NCBI GenBank assembly: GCA_051294375.1 | Contig: CM119270.1 | Span: 20,730,417 to 20,794,416 of the forward strand | Reading direction: 5' to 3' | Source: Paraspadella gotoi | Taxonomy: Eukaryota; Animalia; Chaetognatha | DNA: 64,000 bases | Shown here: piece after piece, positions 34,401 to 47,670 of the stretch | Numbering within the stretch: the stretch's first letter is position 1 | How the letters are laid out: the number at the start of each line of letters is the position of its first letter | Translations under genes and position numbers: made by a program | The notes under the pieces: model-generated | Told to the model about the DNA's origin: nothing | Database searches by the model: none | The model's input: the letters and a program-made list of their open reading frames with translations, nothing else

Positions 34401-37400
34401 AAAGGCTAATTGATTCGGAATTGGTAGCTGATGTCACCCGCCTCTTTCTTTTCTTCCTCTTTCACACCTCTCCCTCCTCATCTTAAACGACTTACACTCG
34501 TCACAAATCACTTCTCTTCGTAAATTCTATCTTTCTTTGTAATTTTTTTTTTTGTTTTATATGGTTTTTTTAAATTTATTTTATTACAAATCATTTGCTT
34601 ACAAAAATAATTACGGTAAGGGAGTATGACGAGCGCGTTAAATGATTGGAGTGTTGACAAAAAAACTAAACTTGAAAAGAGGATTAACAAAGAAAAACAG
34701 AGAAAAGAAAAAAAAGGACTCGAGATTGCTTTCCGGTTCTTCCGCGACTACATGCGGCCGACTATCCACAGGATAAGGTTACAACAGGTCCATTTAATTT
34801 TTCATACATGAAAATCCAGGGTAAGTCACACTTAATGTGAGCGGGATTTTAGTTTTGAGTATCAAGTTAGTCTTTTCTTCCCGTTTTGTGTTAAAGGTGA
34901 TCATTCAGTTTAATTTATTCATTTGAGAATTAATTTTGTTTATTTGCAAAGTACTAACCATCAGTTGAACATTCACAGATTGACGGTAGCAAGATGGCAC
35001 GACGACGATAACGCGCGGACGACGACGAATCGACGCGCGTTACTTCACGAAAAGAAAGAAAAAAAGAAGTTTTGTGAAGTATTTCTTTCCGTTTCGACTG
35101 GAGTTTTCCTCTAGGCGGTCGGTTTTTGAGACTAGAGGTGAGACCAAAACAACCAAGTCGAAGAAAGCAAGACGGGGAGACCCCTCAGGCGGGCGGGTGA
35201 CGCTTGACGGCGAGAGAGAGAGAAGAGAGAGGAGAGAGAGAAGAGAGAGAGAGAGAAGAGAGAGAAGAAGGAAGGGACTGAGGAGAAATAGGAGTCAGAT
35301 GTATTGAGAGAGACTTTCTAATAAACATTTTAAGTTAACGGCGAGGTAGCTTACATGGGCTCGGGAAGGTAGACAAACTCTCCTGTCTTCTTGATCATCT
35401 CGTCCCGGGAATTAACAAATGAAGAGAATCTCTAAATGCTTTAAGAAAAAGAGACATAAACATCTTGTCAAGCGAATGCGATGCGTGGAGGAAAATTGAC
35501 ATCTGAGTTTGGTAGGTTCTTTACATGTATATTTTTGTAGCGGGTCAGCTACATGGAGAATTTTAAGTCTCGTTAGCGCGGTAACACGGCGGGTACGTAT
35601 GTTAACAGTAGAAGCCTAAACAAGCCAGAATAATACGTGCGAATTTTACTAAATAAATCTTGACGGCGTAGAAAAACGTAAGTGAGTAATGAGAACTGCG
35701 TCACGGTTAATTCAATCTGTCGGTATCGTACATCGAGGTCTTTCCCTGTATATTACTCCTTGTGTGTGATTCCATAAAAAAAAGCGTTAATAAAAGGGTA
35801 ACGTACGAAGCCATCTCATGCGCACGTTTAGCAGTTGGTTGTGCTCTAGCGACCAAATCTCTCTAGTCGCCATTATCGGAGTAAATTGTTCTCATGAAAA
35901 GAAGAAGAACACATAAAAAAAAAATAAAAAATAAAAGGGAAAGAAACCAAAAGATTGAGACGAAGTTCTAGAACACGCACAACAAATTATAGAAGAGGAG
36001 TGTAAAACATACGAAAGAACAATGAAGTAACAGAAAAAGGAAGATCTGTACGAGCGAGAGCGGGCAGAGAAATAAAGAGAAACAGAGAAAGATAAAGAAA
36101 GAGGGATAAGATTGAGGCGGAGAGGAAAATAAAAAAGAAGAAAGTGAGGGAAAGAGGTCCAGAGAAAAAGATTACAGGAAGGTGAAAAAAAGGGATAAGA
36201 GTGAGAGCGAAAGGGAAATAAAAAGCGGATTACGCGAAAGAGACGGTTTAATTTAGTTCCCCGTCTGTAAAAAAAAAATGAGGGGGAAGTTTTGAAAAGA
36301 CGAATCTATCGCTCGATTTTTTGGGACTCATGGGTTAACCCTTCTGCTCGCCATTTCTTTCCTTTTTTTTGCCTTGGTTGGCATGACAACTCGCGCTACC
36401 CCCGCCTACGCAAACAGAATTGGCTGCGGTCTTTGCTCTGTTGTTCGCTTCGCCCGAACTGGACACCGATGCTTTAATTGTCCTCTCCCGCTAACTTTCC
36501 TTTTACTTTTCTCAATCCTGGCCCCTTGGCACTATCCACTCTCCTCCTTCTCTCCATCTCACATCAGCCATTAATCTAAAACTCATCTCCCTAATCCTTA
36601 TCCTTATCATTATAAGGGAGCTTCTTATTTGACTATATCTCTGGGAATATCTAAATACTCATCTCCTATACCACATTATCAAAATCCATCTGCTAATCCT
36701 TTATCACAAACCTCATCTGCTAATTCTTATCAAAACTTCATTGCTAATCCTTTTACCCATCCCAATTTCTAAATCACTAAATCCTTGTTAAATTAATTTG
36801 CCCTTATCATTTAAAACTTTCATGTGCTAATCCTCTGGAATAAAACAAAGCTTCTATCTCCTAATATTATATAATATATAAAAAATCATCCCATCAGTAA
36901 AGTATTTAGCTCGGATAAATCTATATCCAAGTGAGATTTGTTCCGGTGAGATTTATAATTAAATATTTATTCTTATTTCTTCTACTCTCGTCTTCTCTAT
37001 CATCTCAGGGACTACTACTCTCTCTCTCATTATTATTCCCCTCTCTCTCTTCTTTTCTCGTTCACTCAAAACTCATCCTCTATATTCTCTTTCTCTCCTC
37101 TCTTCATCACACTTCTCTTAAAAACTTCCATTCTCACATTTCACTAAATCTCCATGCATCAAGAATCTTATTTTTACCCTTATGAGATCCTTATATCATC
37201 ATCGCATCAAAAATCGCTATGAATATTTCCATAATCCTGATCATCAATGATGAATCCAGAACTCAATTTCGGGAGAATGCCCTTCATGAAAATGACTACA
37301 ATAACTCCATACGACTCCTAAATCCCTTATCAAAACTCATCTCTTAATCCTTTATTCAAAAATCATTTCTCTTAATCCTCCTCAAAATTTCATTCCTAAA

Positions 37401-38499
37401 TCCTCTCATCAAAACTTCGTCTCTTAAGCTAGCCTCTAGCAAATGAATAATACCATTCCTCATTCGGTGCCAAATCTCATCAAACTCATCAATTAATTGA
37501 TTAATCATTGAACTCTATATAAATCATTTCTCTATTCACAATAAATATATATCTCATTTTTCCTAAAATCCTCAATTCAAATTCACTTTAGTATACCATC
37601 AAACCTCATCATTCTAATATAGTACATCATCAAACTTCAAATAATTCCTAATTCCGTTATATCAAAACATGCTATTCACACCCCAGGAGAATCGTCGTTC
37701 TTTTGCTCCCGGGGTCTTTCTCTCGTCAATCCTCAACTCTCTCTACTAAGGTTGATCAGGTGGGCTCTCGCTTCGTCTCGGCTCGAGCTTCGTAGTCTGT
37801 ATTACATAGCATATTCTGTCTTTTATTTTATGTCCCTTCTCTCTTCATCCCTCTCAGTCTTCGATGACTGTACCTCGCTGCTCGTCGTCCCTTTCATAGC
37901 AATTCCATCCTCTCACTCTCTCTTTCTTCGCTCTCTCTTCGTCATCGTCTCTGATTCTCCTTTATGGAAATATTGATTGCTGAGCTGATCGTTTGAATGT
38001 CTTTAATGCTCTGAACTTGCTAATTCAATCTTTCTTCCATACTTACTCAATAAATTTTCCATATTTGTCATTTACGATACGAATCAATTACTCTTACTCA
38101 TGTACCAGGTTACTATTTGTCTATTCAGTCTCAACGTGATTCCTTCTGGCCCCTCATAAGTTTCTCATTTATCTCTCTTCACTCATATAAATAGTATCGA
38201 TTGGATTTACAAGTATAAATTCAACGAAGAGATTCAATTCAATGTGACTCCATTATTTTCTATCCGTATATATAACCATCATTTCTCTGGATCGTTATAC
38301 CAATCCGAATACTTATACTGTACTACTACGCTTCGTACAATATCGTTCTATCTACGATCATCAATCATATCGTCATCATCATCATCGTTCATCATTTTTT
38401 TGAATCACTTAATACTTACTTCAAAAATATGAAATTAACTTTAAACCTTCTATTTCATTTGACCTTCAATTTCCCCTTTCCATTACCGCACGTCGTTTC

Positions 38500-39432
38500 T
38501 TTCCTTTTCCATCTTTTCCTTTCCTTCTCACCAAAATTTCAAACTCAATCTATCCATCCAATTTATGGATTATTGGAGTATTTATTTGGTTTACAATAAC
38601 CAGTAAACGATTTTAGTAAAATTCGACTTATGTTTTTTCCATTTGAACCCAACTAATTTTCACTCACCAGCGATTCATCGGAAATTTATATCCAGCTTTA
38701 ATACACACTTTCCTAAACACAAAATTTATTTCAATCACAGCCAATCAGGAGTTATTGGAGCTTTTTTGCTAAGATGGACGGATGGAAGGATTGATTGACT
38801 AATTAATTATTATTGATTAATTTATTTACTAATTGATTAATTAACTGATTAATTTATTTGATTTATAATATCTGCAGCTACATTTTAACTATAAGGAAAA
38901 GAAGCATAATAATTTAAGTAAAACAGGTTTTTTGTTTTTTTCCATTTAAATTCATTTCATGCAAATATTCATCGAAACTTGATTTCTGTTCAATCACACT
39001 TTCCTACCCACATAACAAATTCCCAGGTCAATTCACCTCCACATGAGCAATTGGTGTTCAAAAGTGAATATATTTTTTTTTGTTTTTTTTCGCATTTAAA
39101 CACTCATTTTCCACTCGGGGCGATTTCCACGAAACTTAATATCATAATCACAAAAAACACTTACCTATCCAACGACAAAATTTCATTTAAATCCATCATT
39201 CCATTCAGAGTAAATTGGTGTTTTTTTCGCTAAAGGTGGACGGACGAGGACGGACGGAACAGACAGACGGCCGGAACGGACAATTCATTTTTTTTGGCAT
39301 ATTTCATAATTCGATGTTCTGACATGATTAAGTGTGTGCGACAATATTGAGGGGCGGACCCGACGGACGAAAAAGTGAGTTATAAAGTGAGTTATAGATA
39401 GGGGATCTGCTGATAAGCATGATCGAGACGAA
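38500..39432 (-). mobile_element. Second, error-laden copy of the HINE-like element end seen at 1200-2928
   Basis: Colinear similarity, including the 170-bp units, the GGAC tract, ttcgatgttctgacatgat...aagtgtgtgc and the terminal ggatctgctgataagca hairpin. 32710-32780 resembles positions 1-70, so the copy may span ~32700-39430. Confidence 0.7.
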
Positions 39433-39446
39433 AGAACTAAAAAGGA

Positions 39447-40930
39447 TGGGGAAAGTGACTTTCAACAGGCGGCCTCAATCGGATGGCGTCTTTTGGCTTG
39501 AATCAACCCACCAATGTTGAGAGGAGAGAAGAAGAAGACAGGGAGAGGATGTCTAACCGGGGTGGAAAGAAAGATGAGATCCTTTGGAAAGGAGAAAGAA
39601 TGCGCCATGACATGATGTTCAATTTGATATGGTAATTGGCGAAATTTAAGATGTATGATTATTTTCATATTGGCTTTAGACATTTTCATAAATCACACTT
39701 TGCTTTTAATGTCAGGCGGGATCGTATAATATTAACGATTTACAATTCGAAACAGCTCATGAACATTTAGTAAGTTTTGGTAATTCAAGAAGGCTTAACA
39801 AAAAGGCAAATTCTTTTTGATACTTCAATTACAGTTTTCAAAGTTTATTTTAATTTTTGCTGCTTCTTTATTTTTTAAAAAAATAATCCAAAAGCTCGAT
39901 GATACATAGTAATAATAATCACTACTTGCTCCAGGTTCATGGGAACTTTCTGGACTAACTTTTCATCTACGAATGGACGAATGGAAATGACGAAGATGAT
40001 GAAGGACAGATGGAGATTCATCAAAGACACTGTACAATTAAAGCAAGAGGGAAATCACGAGAGTCTCTACAGCAATGGTGGCTTCGGTTTCAGAAATAAG
40101 TGCTTAACCATTTATAAAATTAGTAATGTACTACTGAATTTTAACGTATAAACAATAAATTGAATAAGACCTTCTGACGTTTCAGACACATACATGCAAG
40201 AAATAGGAAACCTTGAAGATTGGAAGATAACTTTAAAGTGAAGTCAAAATGTATGAAAAGAACGATTCGAGTTTAAATTAGAAACTCCCGCTAAAAATTG
40301 TCTCTGTGCTTGTAAAACTAAAATTAGAAAAAATATGTATAAATCGTGAAAGGTGTTAATAGAAAATATATCAATTTTCATTACAGCTTTCCAGTGAAAA
40401 AGCTTATTGCCTTTGTATTTTGAATCGGTACTGGTGGCTCTCGTTTACGCTGTCCTTACACTACCAAGTTGGGACAGCAAGGAATCATTTTTGTTATTGG
40501 ACAAAATTATCAGAAACCACTTGTTTCTCTGGCGGTCTTCTCCCATTATGTTTAGAGCTGGTGAGTTTATTTAAATTCAGTTTATTATTATAAGACTCAT
40601 TAATATTTATAAATTTTAATGATTACATCATTGTCTTCAGTTTGATAATTATGTAAAGTATGTTAGCAGCTCAAGTGACATGAAAAACGCAAAAATTATT
40701 TTAAACAAATAGTAAGTCTGTCACCACATTTAGAAAACCAATATTTTTCTGTCACGATTTTTCACAGGCACAGCGTAAAAAACTGCGCAAGTTTTTCCAG
40801 ACTTGGTTGCGCTAATTCGAGACTCACGCAGATGAAAGAACATCGAAGCGGCAGCAGTGAGTTCACAACTTGGTTGAGCGTTCATTGGCGTTCTTCTGGG
40901 GGTTCCTTGTTGGGGTGGACAATGTTTGAG
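39447..40930 (+). pseudogene. Indel-riddled partial copy (exons 1-5) of the GRL gene at 47671
   Basis: Colinear with 47671-50095 including introns. Differences are mostly single-base indels, so it may be an uncorrected-read or haplotype artefact rather than a real pseudogene. Confidence 0.55.
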
Positions 40931-42921
40931 TATTTGGAGAAAAAAAATGAGAAACAAAAAGAAACGGAAAACATATTTAGAATCAGAAATCAGATAGAAG
41001 AGGAGAAACATGAACTTGTACAGTATATAAACAAGGATGGTTATTCCAAGGTGGTTGCGGGCGCGCATTAACTTTCTTTTTACTTGTAAGATTTTCTCTT
41101 TAAAAAACACAAAAGCAGGCCAGTAGTCACTTAGATTTGATTTTTAACAAAATGATCAAAAACCTATAGGCAAGTTATAGTGTTTTTAACGTAAAGTAGG
41201 ACAACCGACAGACAGACATGCCGACGGACCGACGACGGAACCGACGCGACGACGAAAAGTGACTTTATAGAGTTGCTTTTTAAAGTCATCACGTTGGACA
41301 GAGAGTGAATTGATTTAATAAATTCAACGCAGAGAATGGGTTTATCAGTGGGCTTGTTCTCTTGCTTCTTTTCTCTCCGGTCTTTTATCTGATTTGACTC
41401 AATCAGAGAGGAGGCTTTCTCAGGACCGACGGAGAGAAAACGAGAGAGGGATGGATCATCTTCCAACTTACTTCAAGAAACAAACATCAACTCTTATGGA
41501 CTATTTGTTTATAATTGTTTATTGCCTGCTTTCTCTGCATAATCTACATATTTTTGTATGTTAATTAATTATATCCAACGTGTTCTTATGTCAATACTCT
41601 CTATTTCTCACTTAAACCACGCCTGCTTCCTTGTTGTGGTGAGGACTGGATTAGACTCACCAGCCCTCTAAGAAGACACTCAAAAAATTAACGTACCTCC
41701 CTCAAAAAACAAAAACGTATAGAAAAAGAATTACATATACTAATAAACCTGCGAATTTGATACTCAAAAAAAAAAAAAAAAAGATTTACCAAAATTTTCT
41801 TAAATTAAAAACGAACCACAAAAAAAGAAGTTATAATTATAAGAATAAAAAACAAGACTGAAAATTTAAAAACAATACCCATTTTACGAAATTCAGGGTG
41901 GCGTTTAAAACGTACTGAGTGACAAAAAAAAAAAAACGCGAAAAAAAAAAACCAAAAACCCTCAATATCTCAAAAGGAATATCTCAGGAAAATTAAATTT
42001 AGCTACGTAACAAAAAATATTTCTTCAATTAAGCTCTTAACAAACAATCTATATTCCAGACTAGTGACAATAAAGTTTAAAATTACAATGAACGCCCCTT
42101 TACATTGGAATTCTTTAAAAAACGACGCAAACTTTACAAAAGATAGCCAGGGCCGGACTTTCCAATGAATGTGTTTCTCTCTGAGCGCGTCGTCAGTGAC
42201 CCAGCATTGCCCCAAAACATGAAGCAAACTCGATCGCTCTCCTGTTTATCCTATTCAAGCCCACGCGAAGGTGCGACAAACACAACAACAAAACTCTCTG
42301 TCTCTGTCTCTTCGGCTAAGAATGCTCTACACATAACAAACGGTACCAGAAAAGAACCTGCAACGGCAAACAATGGCCAATCCGGCCCAATGAAAGTCAA
42401 TTTGGAAAATGCAGCTTTAAGCTCATTTCTCACCCAACCTAACTCTTTCCGCGCAAATAAGCAATGAAGATGAAATATTTTTTAAGAAATGCGGATTCTA
42501 AATACAGTACTTTTCAGCCCTGCAACAATGTTGATGGCCACACATAGGATAATAAAACTTTTCAAATACTTAACTCATGAGGCCGACTTTCATTTTAGAA
42601 GCCCAAGCACTCTTTATGATCTTCAAATTGAATCACAATACAACCNNNNNNNNNNNNNNNNNNNNNNNNNTTCCATTTTATTAAAAGAGCTTTACGGATA
42701 TTTTTTTCTAGATTTATTATTTTGTTTTTTTAGGATGTTTAGTCCCCACATGAAATTTTTTTGACTGTTTATTTATTATATATTTCTTTTTCGTCGTATT
42801 AAGTTATAAATTATAATTTTTAGCCTAATAATTTATAATGTTTCACTCATTTAAACACCGGTCACAACTTTACATTAATGATTATCTCTACTCTCAAATT
42901 CCAAATTATGCTTCCGTAAAC

Positions 42922-42981
<60 letters not shown>

Positions 42982-44904
42982 ACCGGTGAAGAGTTTGTCA
43001 AATCTAATTTCCGTAACTTCGTACACTGTTTTCCGTTGAAACTCTTCTGTTAATTTGCCTGGTCAAATAAATTATCTCACATTGTAATATTTTAAATACT
43101 TTATATTTGTTTAAAAAAGAAATCGATAGAGAAGCTCAGTTTCGTAAAATCAGTTAGATATGTTCAATAATAATCTGGATCACTTTTCGCTAATTATTTC
43201 ATATACTGCATAGAATCTATGAAATACTTCTTTTTAATCTATGGCTCATGGCATTCGGTCGAAAGCGCCCTGTGTATACAGCGGCTCAAGCGAGAAATTC
43301 CCTTAACAAATCATCCTCTCAGCCATTTATCAAATCAACCGCTCAAGCTTTCGACCGCCCAACCACTCAACCACTCAACCTCTCAACCACTCAATCACTC
43401 AACTACTCAACCTCCTAACTACTTAACCTCTCAACCACTCATCCAAGCAAGCCCAGAAATTCACGTCAAAGCNNNNNNNNNNNNNNNNNNNNNNNNNNNN
43501 NNNNNNNNNNNNNNNNNNNNNNNNNNNNNNNNNNNNNNNNNNNNNNNNNNNNNNNNNNNNNNNNNNNNNNNNNNNNNNNNNNNNNNNNNNNNNNNNNNNN
43601 NNNNNNNNNNNNNNNNNNNNNNNNNNNNNNNNNNNNNNNNNNNNNNNNNNNNNNNNNNNNNNNNNNNNNNNNNNNNNNNNNNNNNNNNNNNNNNNNNNNN
43701 NNNNNNNNNNNNNNNNNNNNNNNNNNNNNAACCAACCACCCAACCAACCAACCACCCAACCACTTATCAAATCATACGCTTTCCGCAATTCACCACCCGA
43801 AAAAAAAACGCCGGTATTACATTTGGCAGACAACGCCGCCTCACATCCTTTGGCGGCGTTAAACAATTTACCCTCCGGAAAACGACGCCGGCTTTTCCGG
43901 TTACATACGGAGAATGACATAAGAGTTACATCCTCTCGGAAAACCTTTGACGAAAACGAGTTAAGATTTTTTTTTCTTTCGATAACCAGTCGTGGATTTT
44001 TTTTTCGCTCTACGTAATTATTGGAAGGTTTTGTGTTTGTGATAGTTAAATCTTACTAATCGCCCGAAACAGCGCGGAAAAAAAAACAACTTGTTTTGTA
44101 CTCGATTGCATTTAATGGTTGTTTTTCCGAATTTAATTTTCATTTTTCAGTATAAATGAAATGTCTTTGATAATTACGCTTGAAGTAGTGAATTAATTTA
44201 TTTAATTAAAGACAAACAAATTCTCGCAGAAGCACTTTTTTTAAAAAAATTAATCTAATTCAGTGCGGGATATATAATCAAATTGTACGTTCAAAAATTC
44301 TTTTTTTTTTTCTTTTTTATTATCCGAGTTTACATTTAAAAGTCGGGATCATTCAGAAGCATCATTCAATCTTCAGATGTCGTTTTTAGCCAAATTAAAA
44401 GACTTTTTTTTATTTTTTCAGAAAAAACACTTTCAAACTTGCGATGAAAACCTTTTTGATCGAAAGATTAGAAAACCCACGCTGATAAGGTTTAATGAAG
44501 AAAATATTTCAGGTGTTAACGAAATTGGACGTCGTTTCAGAACCCAGGGTCCATACAGCAATAATTAATGAATTTTCGTCTAACCTTGTATTAAAGGTTA
44601 ATCGACACTCCCGTTTGTTATGTTTTCTTGTCAACCTGAAAAAAAAGTGTCTATTTGGTCTCGCACCCGCCAAAAAAATCGCAATTTTTTTTTCGCAAAG
44701 CTTTAACAATGAAAAAACTACAAGAAGAAAAACTAGAAATATGTTTATTTCATTCAAATTAAATTAATTTTTCATACCAACTTAAGAAAAGAAAAACTTT
44801 TTGGCTCACGAAAATTATATCGTTGTTTTTCCTCCAAAATTTAAATTAATTTAAAAAATTTCCTCTCGTCAATTAATTCAAATAATTTAAGAAATAAAAA
44901 AGGG

Positions 44905-45960
44905 ATGGGGAAAAGTGACGTTTCAAACCAGGCGGCTCATGGATGCGTCTTTTTGGCTGAACTCAACCAACCAATGTTTGAGAAAGGAGAAAGAAGAAGA
45001 GACAGACGACGATGTCTACGGTAACTGGAAATCCTTTTGAGAAAGGAAGACAGAAATGCGCCCATGAGATGATGTTCAATTTGAATCATGGTAAGTTGTG
45101 GCATTGACATGGATGATTATTTTATATTGGCTTTGCCATCATTCAGCATTGATTTAATGTCAGGGCGGAGTTCGATATAATATTAAACAGAGGTCTACAA
45201 TTGAAACAGCTCAATGAAACATTTAGCTAAGTTTGGTAATTAACAAGAAAGCTTACAAAAAATGAGAATCTTTTTTGATACACATTCAGCATTACAAGTT
45301 TTTCAAAAGTTTATTTGTTAGAGTTTTTAGTGCTTCAATTACTTTTTTAAAAATATCCAAAGCGCGAGATAAGAGCGTTAAATAATACAACTACTTGCTC
45401 AGCGTGTGCATGTTGGTCCTTTCTGGAGCTAACTTCATCTACGAATGGACGAATGGAATGACGAAGGATGATTGAAAGGACAAGATGGAGGATGTCATCA
45501 AAGACACTGTTACAATTTTAAAAGCAAAGGGAATTCAGAAGAGTCTCTACAGCAATGGTGATTCGGTTTCAGATAATAAGTGAGCTTAAACACATTTAAT
45601 AAAGTTTCTAAAACTTTTGTTTTTTACGTAAGCGCGGGGGCTACGTATAGTTTACCGTATAAAAAGGAATATAAATCGAATTAAGACACTTCTGACGTTC
45701 AGACACATACATCCAAGAAATAGAAAACCTTGAAGACTTGGAAGATCAAACTCTTAAAGTGAAGTCAAAATGTATGAAGGAAAGATTCGAGTTTATTAAG
45801 AAACTCCCGCTCAAAATCTGTCTCTGGATCGCTTGGTAAAACTGAAATTAGAAATAAAATATGTATAATCGTGAAAGTATTAATAAGAAACAATATCACT
45901 TTTCATTACAGCTTTCCAGTGCAAAAAGCTTATTGCTTTGTAATTTTGATCGTACTGTGG
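44905..45960 (+). pseudogene. Second indel-riddled partial copy (exon 1 to mid-exon 4) of the GRL gene at 47671
   Basis: Colinear with 47671-49567. It breaks at gatcgtactgtgg and restarts in upstream sequence (45961 onward matches 43058 onward). Confidence 0.55.
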
Positions 45961-46259
45961 CCTGGGGGTCAAATAAATTATCTCACATTGTAATATTTTA
46001 AATACTTTATATTTGTTTAAAAAAGAAATCGATAGAGAAGCTCAGTTTCGTAAAATCAGTTAGATATGTTCAATAATAATCTGGATCACTTTTCGCTAAT
46101 TATTTCATATACTGCATAGAATCATGAAATACTTCTTTTTAATCTATGGCTCATGGCATTCGGTCGAAAGCGCCCTGTGTATACAGCGGCTCAAGCGAGA
46201 AATTCCCTTAACAAATCATCCTCTCAGCCATTTATCAAATCAACCGCTCAAGCTTTCGA

Positions 46260-46610
46260 CCGCCCAACCACTCAACCACTCAACCTCTCAACCACTCAAT
46301 CACTCAACTACTCAACCTCCTAACTACTAACCTCTCAACCACTCATCCACTCAACTACTCATCCACTCAAATACTCATCCACTTAACTACTAATCTACTC
46401 AACCGCTTAACCGCTCAACCTCTCAACCACTCAACCACTCAACTACTCAATCAATCAACCTCTCAACCGCTCAACCACCCAACCACTCAACTAACCAACC
46501 TCTCAAACAACCAACCACTCAACTACTCATCCACTCAACCAACCAACCACTCAAACAACCAACCACTCAACCAACCAACCACCCAACCAACCAACCACCC
46601 AACCACTTAT
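46260..46610. repeat. Degenerate (TCAACCAC)n 8-mer repeat; also at 43355-43760 and, degraded, at ~30100-30600
   Basis: Direct reading; part of the triplicated GRL upstream region. Confidence 0.85.
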
Positions 46611-47670
46611 CAAATCATACGCTTTCCGCAATTCACCACCCGAAAAAAAAACGCCGGTGTTACATTTGGCAGACAACGCCGCCTCACATCCTTTGGCGGC
46701 GTTAAACAATTTACCCTCCGGAAAACGACGCCGGCTTTTCCGGTTACATACGGAGAATGACATAAGAGTTACATCCTCTCGGAAAACCTTTGACGAAAAC
46801 GAGTTAAGATTTTTTTTTTCTTTCGATAACCAGTCGTGGATTTTTTTTTCGCTCTACGTAATTATTGAAGGTTTTGTTTTGGATATTTAAATCTTACGCC
46901 CGAAACAGCGCGGAAAAAAAAACAACTTGTTTTGTCTCGATGCATTTAATGGTTGTTTTTCCGAATTTAATTTCATTTTTCAGTAAAAGAAATCTTGATA
47001 ATTACGCTGAAGTAGTGAATTAATTTATTTTTAATTAAAGAAACAAACTAAATGTCTTCTCGAGAAGCACTTTTTTTAAAATTAATCTAATCAGTGCGAT
47101 AAATCAAAATTTACGTTCAAAAATTCTTTTTTTTTTCTTTTTTTATTATCCGAGTTTACATTTAAGTCGGGATCATTCAAACATCATTCATCTTCAGAAT
47201 TCGTTTTGCCAAAATTAAAAGACTTTTTTTTATTTTTTCAGAAAACATTTCAAACTGCGATAAACTTTTTGATCAGAAAGATTAGAAAACCCCTACAAGG
47301 TTTAATGAAAAAAATATTTCAAGGTGTAACGAAATTGGACTCGTTGAGAACCCAGGGTCATCAATAATTAATGAATTTTCTCTAAACCTGTATTAAGGCT
47401 TAATCGACACTCCCGTTTGTTATGTTTCTTGTAACCTGAAAAAAAATTGTTGCCCCAAAAAAATCCAATTTTTTTTCGCAAAGTTTACAATGAAAAACTA
47501 CAAGAAAAACTAGAAATATTTTTCATTCAAATTGAAATTAATTTTCAACCAACTTAAAGAAAAAAAAAACTTTTGTCCACGAAATTATATCGTTTTCCTC
47601 CAAATTTAAATTAATTTAAAAAAATTTCCTCTCGCCAATTAATTCAAATAATTTAAGAATAAAAAAAGAG

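Noticed and set aside
42003-42467. Short overlapping ORFs of coding-like composition
   Set aside because: No recognisable motif, and located in the indel-rich low-quality segment.
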